Assembly (NCBI GenBank): GCA_963674705.1
Contig: OY771506.1
Span: forward strand, 992,001 to 1,056,000
Length of the DNA stretch: 64,000 bases
Origin: Phycisphaeraceae bacterium
GTDB taxonomy: Bacteria > Planctomycetota > Phycisphaerae > Phycisphaerales > Phycisphaeraceae
Direction of reading: 5' to 3'
Shown here one piece after another: positions 21,801 to 28,812 of the stretch. The notes beneath the pieces are model-generated. The model did not search any database. It was not told where the DNA came from and was given only the letters and a program-made list of their open reading frames with translations. The position numbers and the translations under genes were made by a program. Position 1 is the stretch's first letter. The number at the start of each line of letters is the position of its first letter.

Positions 21801-23940
21801 TTGCCGACCCGCCATCCACACTCACACCGACCAATGGCCCGTCCACGGTCGAGTCGGACAACGTCACATGCCCATCTTCAACCGAAACGCCGCCGGTGAA
21901 CCAGTTAGCAAACGTAAAGCCATCGATCAGTACCGTGCTGGTTGCGCCGGTGATCGTCGCACCGAACACACCGAACAAGGATGTGCCGTCAAGCACCGGA
22001 GCCGAGGTCCCTTCACCTTCCAGCGCATCACCCGGATCACCGATCATGTCAAGCGATTTGTTGATCGCCAAGGCCTCGTTGTACGTACCTGCAAGCACGT
22101 TGATAACCGCGCCGTCGTCCGCCGCATTGATCGCTTCCTGGATCGTGGCAAACGCGTTATACCCGTAGACTCCCGCCGGCCCCGCGCCGTCCGGATCGTC
22201 ACCGAACGCCGTACCCGCCCAGTCGTCATCCACATACAACTCACTGACAGTCGCCGGGACACGGATCAACTCGACATCATTGCCGTCCCCGCCGGTGTAA
22301 TCGATCAGGAAAGTATCACCATTGATCGTAAGCAAAGCGCCTTGCGCCAAGCCTGCAAACGTTCCGGTGATCGCATCAGCGCCGTCGTTATCGATAAGGA
22401 CAAGCGAATCACCAACCGAGGCACTGATCGTGCCGCCCGCGTTGAGCGTCGCGCCGCCAAGATCGACCGTGCCGGCGACGGCATACTGATCGTGTTCAGT
22501 CCCGGCGGCGAGGCCGTTGACTTCCGCATCGAGGATCGAGCCGGCGGTCAGGGTCAGGTTGCCGCTGGCGATGATGCCCGGGCTGTAACCGGCGCTCAAG
22601 GTTGCCCCGGCCACGCTCAGCGTCAACGTGCCGTTCAACGTCAAGTCACCGCCCACCAACAAGGCCTGATTGACATCGACATCTTCGGTAAATGTGCCGG
22701 CAAAGCGCAGCGCCACACCGGGCGCAGACGCGTCGATCGTCGCCTGTACACCGGAGGCGATATAGACGGTGTTCCCGCCTTCAACCGCGACCGCGTTGGT
22801 CGCGAAGATATTAGCGCCGACCACCTCGCCGAGCCCGACCGGATCGGTGGAAATGCCGTTGGCGGTTGAGCCGTTGGCTAGATACATGTAGTTCGTCGTA
22901 GCGGTCTGCCCGGAAGCGTCAAACGTGTTGCCGACGATCACGACATTACTGCCGCGTGCGCGCAGGCTCGAACCATAACGCTGGGTGGTCCCGGCAAAGG
23001 TGTTGCCGGTGATCACCGCGCCGGCGCTGTCGATCGTCACCAGCGTATTGCCCTGCTCGTGTGCAGCCGTAGCGGCGCCGGTGTTGTCCGTCAGGCTCGT
23101 GCCGCCGGCCGTGCCGACAACCTGGTTGTTCGTAAACGTGATATTGCTGGTGTTGCCCCCACCGGTTCCACCGCCCATAGCCACTAACTGACGTGGCACG
23201 TTCGCTAACGAGAACTGAGCGCCAAAACCATCACCTGCTGGGTTAGCGCCGACGAACGTCTGGCCGGAAAAGATGTTGCCATCAATAACGAAGTTGTCAA
23301 TAGTCGCGCCGTACTCTGTCAACAGGCCGTGATCCCCGTTAGCGACGATCTCATTGCCTCGGATCACCGCGCCGCTGTGGCTGCCCTGGAAGTAGACCGC
23401 TGCATTCTCGACGCCCGGCGCACCGTTATCGATCCCAATGATCGTAAAGCCCTGTCCGCCATCGCCGATCTGAACGCCCGTGGTGGCGTTGGTCACCGTT
23501 ACCGTACCGAGATTGCCCAACCCGGATACGCCCTGGATCGTCGTGGAGGTATAGCCGTTTTGAGACAGCAGCGTCAGGTCTTTATCGATCGTGACGTTGC
23601 CGACGAATGTGCCGTCGCCCACCTGGATGATGTCGTCCACCGAGGCAGCATTCACCGCATCCTGAATGACATCAAAGGCATCCGTACCAAAGACCGCAGT
23701 CCCGCCACCGAACTCATCCAGTGTGACGATGTCGCCGGCGTCGAGCGTGCCGGAGCTGTTCACATCGTCATAGATCTGGAAGTCGTCGGCATAGTAAGTA
23801 GCGCCGGACAGAAGCAGCTTGGGTTCCAGCGCTTCAAACGTCGGGCGGATCTGCCGCTCTTGTTCTTGTCTACGCAACCACCGCTGGTACCATTCACGAC
23901 GTTTCGTTCGCAGGACTCGCTTCTTTTGCTTGCGTGACAT
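6883..23940 (-). CDS. Giant (~5,685 aa) LEPR-XLL surface/secreted protein: multiple right-handed beta-helix modules, PKD/Ig-like domains, cohesin-dockerin-cohesin-dockerin, Gln-rich tail
   Basis: Basic N-terminus plus FEALEPKLLLS; about 11 modules opening with IQxAV/IxxA..GD.I....GTY/F; YVDDDWAGT x3; WGDG PKD motifs; cohesin-like VPVTLDD..GVNAVDFDVIFD and VPINIDD..GLLGFNIDLAYD; dockerin GDLNSDGFVGLDDLDIVLNNW / GDPSGDGYVGLTDLDIVLNNW. Start chosen from a GAGG RBS 7 nt upstream of ATG 23940. Confidence 0.88.
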   Translation of the reverse strand: MSRKQKKRVLRTKRREWYQRWLRRQEQERQIRPTFEALEPKLLLSGATYYADDFQIYDDVNSSGTLDAGDIVTLDEFGGGTAVFGTDAFDVIQDAVNAASVDDIIQVGDGTFVGNVTIDKDLTLLSQNGYTSTTIQGVSGLGNLGTVTVTNATTGVQIGDGGQGFTIIGIDNGAPGVENAAVYFQGSHSGAVIRGNEIVANGDHGLLTEYGATIDNFVIDGNIFSGQTFVGANPAGDGFGAQFSLANVPRQLVAMGGGTGGGNTSNITFTNNQVVGTAGGTSLTDNTGAATAAHEQGNTLVTIDSAGAVITGNTFAGTTQRYGSSLRARGSNVVIVGNTFDASGQTATTNYMYLANGSTANGISTDPVGLGEVVGANIFATNAVAVEGGNTVYIASGVQATIDASAPGVALRFAGTFTEDVDVNQALLVGGDLTLNGTLTLSVAGATLSAGYSPGIIASGNLTLTAGSILDAEVNGLAAGTEHDQYAVAGTVDLGGATLNAGGTISASVGDSLVLIDNDGADAITGTFAGLAQGALLTINGDTFLIDYTGGDGNDVELIRVPATVSELYVDDDWAGTAFGDDPDGAGPAGVYGYNAFATIQEAINAADDGAVINVLAGTYNEALAINKSLDMIGDPGDALEGEGTSAPVLDGTSLFGVFGATITGATSTVLIDGFTFANWFTGGVSVEDGHVTLSDSTVDGPLVGVSVDGGSATVDASILTNAGIFGVEIVNGGSAQVVGSQIINANTAGVSASAGSAAISESVISGNATGVLVGATGSATVFGSSLAGNTVRAISNSSATKVNASGNYWGTMTQAGVAAQTLGLVDFSPFLVSSADTDVLAAGFQGDFGTVHVTTLGAQSGTAGRLQEAVDMVDASGTVHVLNGQYNESNTTISQSLTLEGESRSGVIIAPKAVDDHANGGFAGTYQQGLIVAADDITIQTLTIDGEANAALSPNDHNFRMGITTADGGSFDNLHVDDVTIQNIYRRGIYIGSTTSSGHVVENSLITDVTRNDGIISIGEAQFLYNTISNVNGDNATASAAAIRGYSQATFIGNDISNALWGIVADTSATILDNTIDDVSVGIVMNNLFYDGTNAGASLVTIQGNQITNIRDTGYVMYGIGMSLVNLADGSMIGGPNPGDENIIDISSGSDVIGMNVWWNPGEVTIQNNQLTVGDQNTGILVQYTPDLSKVTQIVGNTIQGTGRAGTGILLTEGEDHGNAVAVISDNDINDLETGIKLALTSSDRQISATLSNNAITNNDLGLKLSEYDADTNGYDVTIASLDDLSGLTGNDVGILVDGGSLSLTGVVLSGNDIGLQVDGNGEATLTGGSISATTAGAQILGSGLTLDGVTISGAATGIDQTAGNLTLLNSFVNSNTIGLSVDNANALVEGTDLAGNSVGIRVSSDAQVDAGGGGNTGLGTSAGGNTLTGYSGLAGNYAIENLNEDAAGNVDVYAQGNDFGSNLSVLIENVVYHTVDDAQYTEVLFSQAPVLTAPTIVYVDDDWAGTALGVDADGAGGSHGDGTGYGYDQFATISDAIAAVVNGGSGEVKIYDGTYGEQLLIDFGLVVTGESELGTVIQAPPVLTLDNSFVYSGQTKQSVVAVTGGTVTIQTLTVDGNGAGNAVVSGNDFDGIGILNANVTIDNVTVTGVRDSVLAGTQRGRAIFAGVDDGGPYTVSVTDSTIEDYQKNGIDLRGVGLTVDISGNMITGSGDVTVIAQNGIVMLGGATGTVVGNTISDHMYSGTTGGPDLFNDWQSIGILLYDAGSGVVIDGNTIDANDIGIYSWGGTVQVSNNILGSSVANRYEGILVDQSTSDLTGNDITGGNIGIAIVAFSGSGGNSEATLTGNTISGADIGVQMIDDDATVDPVLTVGAGNTISGGTTGLQIDGAGTQITGLSLNDLSFTGQSGDYVTLLNGALDNLVVDASAVTVDGTIGASLTPAQLAAAEAKITDQLDDGALGRIQLQGGLIVVTPTLSPTAADNDYIRIKNAIEAATAGDTIMLLPNGTDSIFNWDEANALASWELGNDGVASTDDDFGILLGDGQNDVTVTANTADNISIQGPGDITSFDLEGVFLAFDNGTNTGWTFENFGILDFDNAIGFYYSGDDYSDLTINNMHIRVAADDATDSFQNIGIHFGRGTNITITNNLFELDGSGDGTTFAIQTNTHGGTNYDGLNISGNQIVVMNGGGENIYGIWENGHAHQSNITVSGNSFSGNAGNTGTQVAFRVTSHSGASSTVSYDNNTVDQADVAFDWLDVYYGSPIDYTGTLPVEMNGNIVTNSGVAYDLGGIMGSANITGGSITGASGIGVQIADGNSAMVSGVTLQNLDIGVLVSGSATIIGNSFDNANDNLVDIQLASTATAITIGAGNTFGGDDYYIENLSGLGMNLVGLGSSYDEVDNFRIEDKMYHAADDAASGLIRVVADNLYVTTPGTGLSNELIQNAVNVAAVGDTVNVEAGTFNEDLLISTEGVKVIGQGQGVTIIDHTGQPGNNNAGVYLTADDTELRSLSVTGNNASSTPRYGVKVADVDGVVLDGVTISDSYRTGLDILGASNITLNNLVSENNGGAGIFMTDVNGASLSNITTSNNPWIGISIATWGRYTPLGTSGIVFSGTNSFGETATDNGGLQLEMGNYNDPLNPELISWSSNLADNADVTFLSADFGYALSGPTSDNDNLYTRFYQTLVEAEAAAAGSPDHIAANDRYIQEADDSNGLPNSGPTQLYVFDNTGNTMSIQAAVDAAVGGDTINVAAGTFEGTVDANKSVTIDGQGLSSIINAGGVASHGVLVHADDLVLSNLRITNANDAVRFDTAVDGVQLLHVQADNAARGVSVQSSLTDLMFDDVTLTGNGTGMRVATLGAIVGFDLLNSAFDGNDYGMTVYASGSITNNEANFTDILIQNTSFSNNLEKGFYTEKLDNATLDNVTVDSSGTGGAATYDSGIDINLKYGTYTNIDILGGAITNSGTGDAVNGTGLTIKARGTGNDPSYASNPATLTDVVIDGTTISGNQIGIRIGEPGKANTGPSGVLIDADVSDNVDVGIAIVGGQVAVQNTDLTGNQVGVLVDGGATADLGGGSLASVGNNDLTGYSGVGGNYAIEDLNLAAQPDVYADNNSFGSTVAGVIESIVFDDTDDATRSMVIATNPQGAGVTSPIYVDDDWAGTVVGVDPDGVGGVSAIYGIDAFANINDALDAVSAGGEIIVFAGTYNERFDLDQSVNLHSDAYAGTSTSGRTAGDASEAIIDLQGQEGAIGEGIRITSSDVTFAGFEIVGGSATNYGIYISGGGNNLDNIAIENNFIHGMALPNPVVSGSELTYGILGDSNGVSTWGELSNLSIVGNEIYDLGSVGTASGYGINLYDVNGATITGNALHDLADGLNDVGTGVSVTFAGSGANPLAGVSSNVTIANDSYANMSVGVRLLADSGSSVTQDVADFSNVELYVMNAGDLPRASVNLTGQHVWTNNLAVSAAIQGYLTAAGITEPTAGYTGSIQTAIDQSNEDATVTLTAGTFAENVTVDKDINLIGQGSSTLWTPSGSGNIVTIAGSGFGDDQTVTIQDIDFDGLNGTANAGVYVGSAADFANLSITNGDFTGFNYYAIAVFGDAGTGISVQDVDLTNLTFSNNGIAGSGGTADIQFFEYNGDATLTGLVHVGNRNEGAGSGARSAIQFRGVGAGDGTGVLAGGNIVLDDIEVTGTYRNQFIGIQRYTDVSNFSFNDVVLGGGASDLVGGWGAVLRFDAVGDLASKGTATPASVDLGNTYFRGIVSSISGLVSDIEFAPDNNFAWLRADGTDTQWDTTTGTQVAASSLTLDELFEVEDRILHYVEPDHPSHLNSFHGFVEVVDGTAYITETFSSLINRGIEVVDEGGTVFIDAGTYIEDVNVNRYVNLDGAGSGSNPAVDTIITPASSTYGLQISASGLDASNRLTVQDLHVTGSASHGVVAYGQDHIEILNVESSGNDLDGFHLSDMDDLVITDSTASNNGAVNPPTVGHGFDLNGVRDAVLTNLTAVDNYSAGIGISARASTTGASSNIDIIGGTFSDGSSTRPEGSNGISLYVDDAHGASSISDVTIGGTISISDFLFGGITLFNAGVTSSIDNIQIGQTIGDSVTLSNNVIGLMMFGNVTNVDADADFVRGAASTAGASALGLDETGTLSPDMISVAGSTFTGFDNTAAAISLAAVNPSPAPAYFVSSNTIDVTGATFDGVNPAALSTGDPAFWTIEDQIVHAIDVDGAALIDFDPAGNHYLTTSSFVSGINTNAMVQRAVDVATAGDTIYIQDGTYVEGSQVVIDKNLTIDGQSRVGTILTPGYDTSTSGNARGWWLVNAGIDLDVSSLTYDGTGNSVWQAVRHLGTGSFDDVAFSTIQYSASGSPYAGTAIAAFGGVGAVDVTNSYFDTIGRIGVQYFGAGTTGTFSGNTYTGKGVGDFLDYAVEVSAGAIANINNNIITDNLGVAASDGSTSAGVLVTTYFAPGTEAHLSGNVISNSTSGVAAGYDGTDTSIVTLTGDTLDGNEYGVSINGASVSINAGTTIQNGTTGVDVDSNGSVTIDGATISGNAIGVDVGSTGSASITNSDITGTAGSTGVLVSAGGSASIVNNPTTITGHEVGIDVAGGTALIENNDLNGNTIGVLIQNDGIADLGDNTGSDITGLGTGSGSNGSSAGLNDFSGYTTAATASSGAIVNLNSDSGLVGTQGLPPDVPAFGNTWDDASPSGIENVVYHDSDDNNLGFVDFADLLSLSVSLDVATIGEGSSVQLLGTFSNSPQDHTLTVNWGDGNTDIIAVPAGVFDLSTLSITHTYDDNGPVPSGSPYVYAISVTLEEDAGPGVLTDNSLTATVNNVAPTVALSGAATTDEADVYTLSIGAVTDPGDDTVIQYRVIWGDGNFDVYTSAQIALMSGLVSHTYQDGPGGVSQISVELTDEDGIHANAGILPLSVNNLDPYGTFDNGGPVNAGTAGFVTWYAQGDPSPVDASSLVYDYDFGDDGTFEIIGSSLNFATVPGLYLTTPGTYDVRGRIRDKDGGSYEEVTTITVNATTFRVLNFTTNASGFEAVFSGDLDMGVFNLYDSYDAPVELADLYVVDTSGEVAGSAIFNPSSNKLTWIKTGGVLEAGNYTVFMVSGLNAMKEAGTGALLDGNSDGTPGDNYVMNFTVTASTDRVLSLPDFARGPGQTVDVPATGLGLPVTLDDATGVNAVDFDVIFDATLLNITGVSLGASLPGDWSVTYNLVSPGHLKVTTSGITTLSGSDVQIVTLTANVPSSAEFGGAQVIRLQSVAVNGGFINSVGDRALHKAAYLGDVDGDFFFSGLDASLISGVVVDLVTGFDAFDKTDPVILANSTGTGTLNGLDASYVAQKSVALPRPEIPDLPAVAPAGVPGEDPVLTVSSGVVANIGTTVSVPINIDDADGLLGFNIDLAYDTDVLDITNGDVSLGSLLSGAGGWNVVANVDDLAGTIKLAFYRADGPMPAGGGEVAILDFTVLPGAASIGTTNVTADGPTDLGGKTYNYIAGSIDVQPISGDLNSDGFVGLDDLDIVLNNWNQYVTAGDWLSGDPSGDGYVGLTDLDIVLNNWNAGTPPVAQAVSVSEDEELASNSSQQSESQSQTQTQTQSQAATGQSQQQQQQTQQQTQQQTQTRKPAQQTQQQQLQQQRQTQQQQKQTQQQTTTVTGWRQAPVRSAFGQSDEEKFEPTLGLWESEVA

Positions 23941-24796
23941 GAGCATGCCTCTCTTTGGCTGAATCTTCTGGGCGTTTACCGAAGACCTTAGTATTTCGTT
24001 ACCGTTGTTTACACATAGACACACGCAAACGCTCACGGCCTTTCTTCCGGCCATGAACATCTGCATCAAATAAACAATGAGAGATGACTTTGAGCGCGCA
24101 GAGAAACCTGGAGCTATCTAACTATATGTAGATAACTCTCTGGATTTGCATGTGACAGCATCCCTCGATTTTATCCTCCAACCACTCCTCCACTATGTGA
24201 GACGTTAATGTGGGTGCCGAATAGGCAAGAACTGATTGCCCGGTTATTCCCCCATGTTGTCGTAGTACACTTTGTAAGGAGTTTTTATAGCGTAAAGCAA
24301 ATGTTGCTGTCAATTAATTTCTGGCTATTAATCTTAATAATTTTTGATGTTTGTGTGTTAATAGCTTAGCGCCGAAGGTTTAAGACAATAAAAACCCAAG
24401 TATTATGCGAATACATACAACCGGCTCATTTTGCCTTGCTTTTTTAGAACGATACAAGATCACCGTTATGCTCGTGATAGGTAATGCCACGGCTTGGTAA
24501 ACCCAAAATGTTAAAATAGGGGAACGGCTTTTTACTTATTATTCAGTTTTATGACACAGTATGACGCGCCGCCATCCTGTGCAGTTCATTACCCGATGGC
24601 GCTACTGCTCAAACGATATTTATGTGTCCAGTCTCACGAATCACCCACCTACCCACCGCATAGATGATCCGGGCCCACCATCAGCCACTATAAATTGTGA
24701 TTAGCTGGAGAATGACTGAACATTTCTTTCAATAGCGATTGAATTAGCCGTACCGGCCAAGCATACGCATCATTCATGTCGTTAAATCAAACCGTC

Positions 24797-25573
24797 TCAA
24801 TCTGTTACAGTCGTATACACACCTGCGTATTGTTGAACGATGTTTGACCACGTTACCGCCAACTCATCGACCAGCTTATCAAGCGCTTCGGACTCGGCAT
24901 TACGCCGGGATTCGTCGACCTTGGCTTCATTGTTCCACGAGCTGGTGTCCTGCTCACTTCGGGTGGTAACCTCGGCGACACCATAGATATAGCCGTTTCG
25001 TACATCCAGCAGCGCCGCGGAAGCAGTGCAGGTGATGCGTACTTTCTTATGGCCGCCGAATCCCAGCGTGATCATGTCCAGGGGCGTTGCGTTGTCCTCA
25101 TGGTAGAAGTGTGTGTCGAATGTGTAGATTAAAAGTATCTGCGTGTGCAGTTTCGCGGCAGCCTGACGGAGTTCCATGTCAGAATTCAGTTGCGATGGCA
25201 GCAACAGGCGGTTGACCATCGCCACACCACGGACCATCGGCATGGATGCAAGACGGTTAAGTTGATCTTCGGTTTCCACCTCACGCATGGTGACTACGCT
25301 GTAGGCCCCTCGGCCGTAGGCATAACCATGAGCGTTGCGGTAATCCGTGCTCTGCACATGCGCAAGACAAATCCCCGCGGGAAACGAAACCAGGGGCTTG
25401 CGGGCCAGTTCGTGTTGGATCTGCTCATCTGTTAATTGGTTGCGCTGGTCAGCGGACACCACGCCAAACGCTTCCATAGGAGCGCCCGGCCCGGGGACCG
25501 TATACCTCATACAGCCTGGCAGAACAGAAAAAGTCAGTGCGAACAACAGCAGTACGGCATGATACGCGCGCAT
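24797..25573 (-). CDS. Hypothetical lipoprotein
   Basis: Signal MRAYHAVLLLFALTFSVLPG|C; alpha/beta body (AAAKLHTQILLIY...AALLDVRNGYIY). Confidence 0.7.
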   Translation of the reverse strand: MRAYHAVLLLFALTFSVLPGCMRYTVPGPGAPMEAFGVVSADQRNQLTDEQIQHELARKPLVSFPAGICLAHVQSTDYRNAHGYAYGRGAYSVVTMREVETEDQLNRLASMPMVRGVAMVNRLLLPSQLNSDMELRQAAAKLHTQILLIYTFDTHFYHEDNATPLDMITLGFGGHKKVRITCTASAALLDVRNGYIYGVAEVTTRSEQDTSSWNNEAKVDESRRNAESEALDKLVDELAVTWSNIVQQYAGVYTTVTD

Positions 25574-25615
25574 GATAGGCCCTCATGTATTATGGTTTGG
25601 TCAGGAACTGGATGT

Positions 25616-27807
25616 CTATTCTTGCACCGTCGTGTCGTACAGGACGCCGTCCGGCACGGGGATGGGCACGTTCACGGTCACGCCCTCGTTGCCTGCCGTA
25701 CGCCCGCCGGCGTCGACCGCGACAAATGAGGTGTAAGCACTCATCAGGTTGTAATCCAACGCCAGGCGCGTAATCTGCCCGGCCAGCTCGCCATGCGGAT
25801 CGCCTTCATAGGCCTGCCGGTCAGATAGATCAGCGATACAAGCTCGGGCCCAGACGCCGGCCAAGGCATCGCGATCCTTGCTTTCACCTTCACGACTCAC
25901 ATGAACGTCGACCAGCACGGGTTCGCCACCCGCTTTGCCGGCAATCGCGATGTCATTCGGCATCTCACCCGTAAACCTGCCGGTAATCACGATCGGCTTG
26001 CCAACGAACAGGTCGCTTGCATTGCTTGGATAAAGTGCCGCCACCCTCGCCCCACGCCAATCGATCCGCACATCAGTCATCGCGGGTCGGCTTGCTCGTT
26101 CCAGGAAACGGCCCATCACATCAGCGCCATCATCATGAAGCCCCAGATACGCGCTCGTACCTCGGCCGATACTTGCCATACGCTCTAAGAGATAGCGGTT
26201 CGGGGAAGAACCCACGCCGAAGCTGAAGATACGCGCTGCACCAACATGCTGTTTTACTTCATGGAGAATTTCTGCTTCGTTGCCGATGTAGCCGTCGGTC
26301 ATGAAACACACAACGCGCAGTTTTTCAGGATCGTGCGGAAAGTCCAGCGCCGCCCTGATCCCCTCGACCATCATCGTCCCGCCAGTGCCTTGGAGCTGTT
26401 GCACATACTTCAAACCGCGCTTTTTATTCTCAATTGTCGCGGGCAGGGGCGACTTGCCGAGCGCCGAGGCATCATTGGAAAAGCGGATGATCTGGAAGCT
26501 GTCCTTCGGCCCAAGTTCATTGAGCGCAAATCGAACCGCGTCTTTCGCCTGGTCAATAGGTTTGCCGTTCATACTGCCCGAACAATCCAGCACGAACACC
26601 ATCTCCATCGGATGCTTCGGCAAGGATTCCAACTCGGCCGGAGGCACAAGCAATAACGAGAAGTAACCACTCTTTTCATCCTGATACGTCAACAGCCCCG
26701 AGCGCACCGCATTCGATGCCACCTTGATCCGCAGCACGAAGTCCTTGTTCGGGATCGTGTCCTTCCGGCGAAAGCTCAGACGTGGTAGCCTCGTGGCCTC
26801 ATCCGTCGCGCATCGCATCTACGATCGCGTGACTGTGACAGACGATCTGTTCAATCGGCACGCCCGCGTCGATATCGACCGAGTCAGAGCGATGTCGTGG
26901 CCGCTCCGCTCGTTCGGGCGCAGGTATTGAACTTCTGTCGGCTGCCCGGTCACTCCCGTGCCCGACCACGTGCGGAGACCGCGCCGATGCCTTCGGTTTG
27001 TCTCCGGGCGGGTTGAAACCGTGGGCCGACGACCATGGGGAACACGAAGCTCCAGGTAGCCGTCGCTGTAAGCGAGCGTGTTGAAAATACCGGATATCGA
27101 CGTCGATACTGCTTGCCGGGTTCGATATTAGCGACCCTCTGGGTGAAGACGTTCGGTCGCTCCTGCTGTCATTAACGCGGCCCGGTAGCCCTGGGCGAGT
27201 GCTTCTTTGTACAGCCGTTCGGCCTCGGCGCGCTCGCGGATAATGCCGCGGATTCGCCGATCGCCGATCGTCATCACAAATTCGTTCACCGCCGCATCCT
27301 GTGGCAGCGGGAAGACATAGACCGCCTCGATCTTCGTGTCGTAAGGGTTCTGAAACTGTTGTGTACACCCGCACACGCTGGAGACGTAACCGGTGATGTT
27401 GGCCTTTCACGTCGGTGTGCGTCTAGCGGCAGCGGGATGCATGCTTCGATCTCTTCTGAATCCGGTACCGGGGATGGGCAGACAACCGATCATCGCGCCG
27501 GAGCCGGGGGTTTCATCGTCCGTGGCAGGCCGATGAACCGTTTCACTTGTTGGTCAGTGACTGCGGCGATTCACGACTGGATGTAGACGCGTTCCTCTTC
27601 CAGATCGACCGGGGCTTGCGTTAAGTCAAAGCTGGGGGCCCGTGTAAGGCGCATGCGGCGGCACCTGGCAACCGACCCGCCGGAGGATTGCCACTGATCG
27701 CTGAGCCGGTCACCGGCTGCATTGGCATGTCTCACACCAAGAGCATCAATGGCATGCAAGACAGACGGCGATCACGGACAAACAAGTCAATGCCCACTTC
27801 ACTGCAT
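25616..27807 (-). pseudogene. VIT + vWA domain protein, 5' half broken by many frameshifts (possibly sequence error)
   Basis: Intact vWA part (FVLDCSGSM MIDAS, GGT, FMTDG, MSAYTSFVAVD). VIT fragments in shifting frames: HTDVK, TQQFQNPYDTKIEAVYVFPLP, NEFVMTIGDRRIRGII, ERPNVFTQRVANIEPG, FPMVVGPRFNP. Signal-like KWALTCLSVIAVCLAC near 27750-27800. Start is approximate. Confidence 0.75.
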
Positions 27808-28278
27808 ACTCTTCTCATGCCTTTGGCTTCCTGGAGTTCTGCAGCGGAGGCATTTACGATCCTGCTCGCCTTGCGGAGTCCGCAGCGGCGGTGAGGTTGA
27901 TAGCTGATATTGCGGTTGAACGTTACGCCGATCACCTGTAAGGTGAATGGTGGCGACGCGTGTCCTGCCTGCTGGTAGCTGCGATGCGTCAGATGTGTTG
28001 AACGCCGCGATGATGACACGCTCCCGCTGGATCGCTTCGGGATCGTAGTAAGGCGGTTCGCTGAATGCATCATGTTCCCCGCCCTCGATGCCGACGATTT
28101 TCACTTCACCCTCTGTTGCCTTGAACTGAAGCTGATATGCGGCCAACGGCATATCACCCGAGTCCAGGTAAATATCAACCGTGGTAAAACGTGTCGCGCT
28201 ACGGTCGGTCACGTCGGATTCCGCCACCGCACCGAACACCACCGCCAACGACATGAACCATGCAAACCACACACTCAT
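27799..28278 (-). CDS. Secreted stand-alone cohesin-like protein (3' end probably frameshifted)
   Basis: Hydrophobic signal; strand pattern VDIYLDS..PLAAYQLQF....VKIVGIE...RVIIAAF...LPAG.TRVATIHL resembles the cohesins of the giant protein; ATGA overlap with the anti-sigma gene. Confidence 0.55.
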   Translation of the reverse strand: MSVWFAWFMSLAVVFGAVAESDVTDRSATRFTTVDIYLDSGDMPLAAYQLQFKATEGEVKIVGIEGGEHDAFSEPPYYDPEAIQRERVIIAAFNTSDASQLPAGRTRVATIHLTGDRRNVQPQYQLSTSPPLRTPQGEQDRKCLRCRTPGSQRHEKSMQ

Positions 28279-28769
28279 GACGACGCCCCCCCATCCCGCT
28301 CATCAGCTTTCCCGGAAACGCTCACAGCCAAACCTGCCACGACCGCTACATCATCACGATCGATCTTTCCATCTGCGTTGAAGTCCCAGCCGGGCGGTGC
28401 GGACTGCCCCGCATCGATCACGCGCGCTATCGCAAACGCATCCAGGATGTCCACCGTGCCGTTTTGATCCGCATCGCCCCGCACCACGGGCTTCGGCTGC
28501 ACCGTTTTCGGGCTCATCCCCGGCCAGGCAATCCAGACACCGAGCCCGATCATCGCCGCCGCCGCGATCGGTCCGACATATCGCAGCCACAACCGACGTG
28601 TAACCGCAGGCTCCTGCCCAAAGTACTCGCTCGCAGCGTCCAGCACCGCCCGGTCCACATCCGGCGGAACAAACACCCGCCCGTCTTGCATCGCCGACAA
28701 ACGCTCCGCCAATTCGTCAGGCAGATGCAGGTCATCAGGCTCGGATTGTCGTGTATCCCGTGTGGACAT
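28275..28769 (-). CDS. Putative anti-sigma factor with TM helix and C-terminal dockerin domain
   Basis: Directly downstream of the ECF sigma; cytoplasmic VPPDVDRAVLDAA; TM VGPIAAAAMIGLGVWIAW; dockerin GDADQNGTVDILDA ... DFNADGKIDRDDV; GGAG RBS. Confidence 0.78.
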   Translation of the reverse strand: MSTRDTRQSEPDDLHLPDELAERLSAMQDGRVFVPPDVDRAVLDAASEYFGQEPAVTRRLWLRYVGPIAAAAMIGLGVWIAWPGMSPKTVQPKPVVRGDADQNGTVDILDAFAIARVIDAGQSAPPGWDFNADGKIDRDDVAVVAGLAVSVSGKADERDGGASS

Positions 28770-28812
28770 AATCGGTCTCCAACAGGTAAAGGGCGCAAAG
28801 CCCATGAAAGGT

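Noticed and set aside
9193..23937. Long + strand ORFs (e.g. 11779-13266, 13579-15930, 16474-18546) antisense to the giant gene
   Set aside because: Shadow frames from GC-rich codon bias; V/D/R/A-rich translations with no motifs.
23941..24069. 5' extension of the giant ORF to 24069
   Set aside because: A better RBS and typical basic leader begin at 23940; the extension looks non-coding.
24400..24450. GGCAAA on the minus strand as a c-di-GMP-I riboswitch
   Set aside because: Lacks the following GNRA-capped stem and the downstream conserved elements.
26799..27759. Separate ORFs 26799-27410, 27128-27376 and 27571-27759 as genes or programmed frameshifting
   Set aside because: They are fragments of one VIT-vWA gene; too many indels for recoding.
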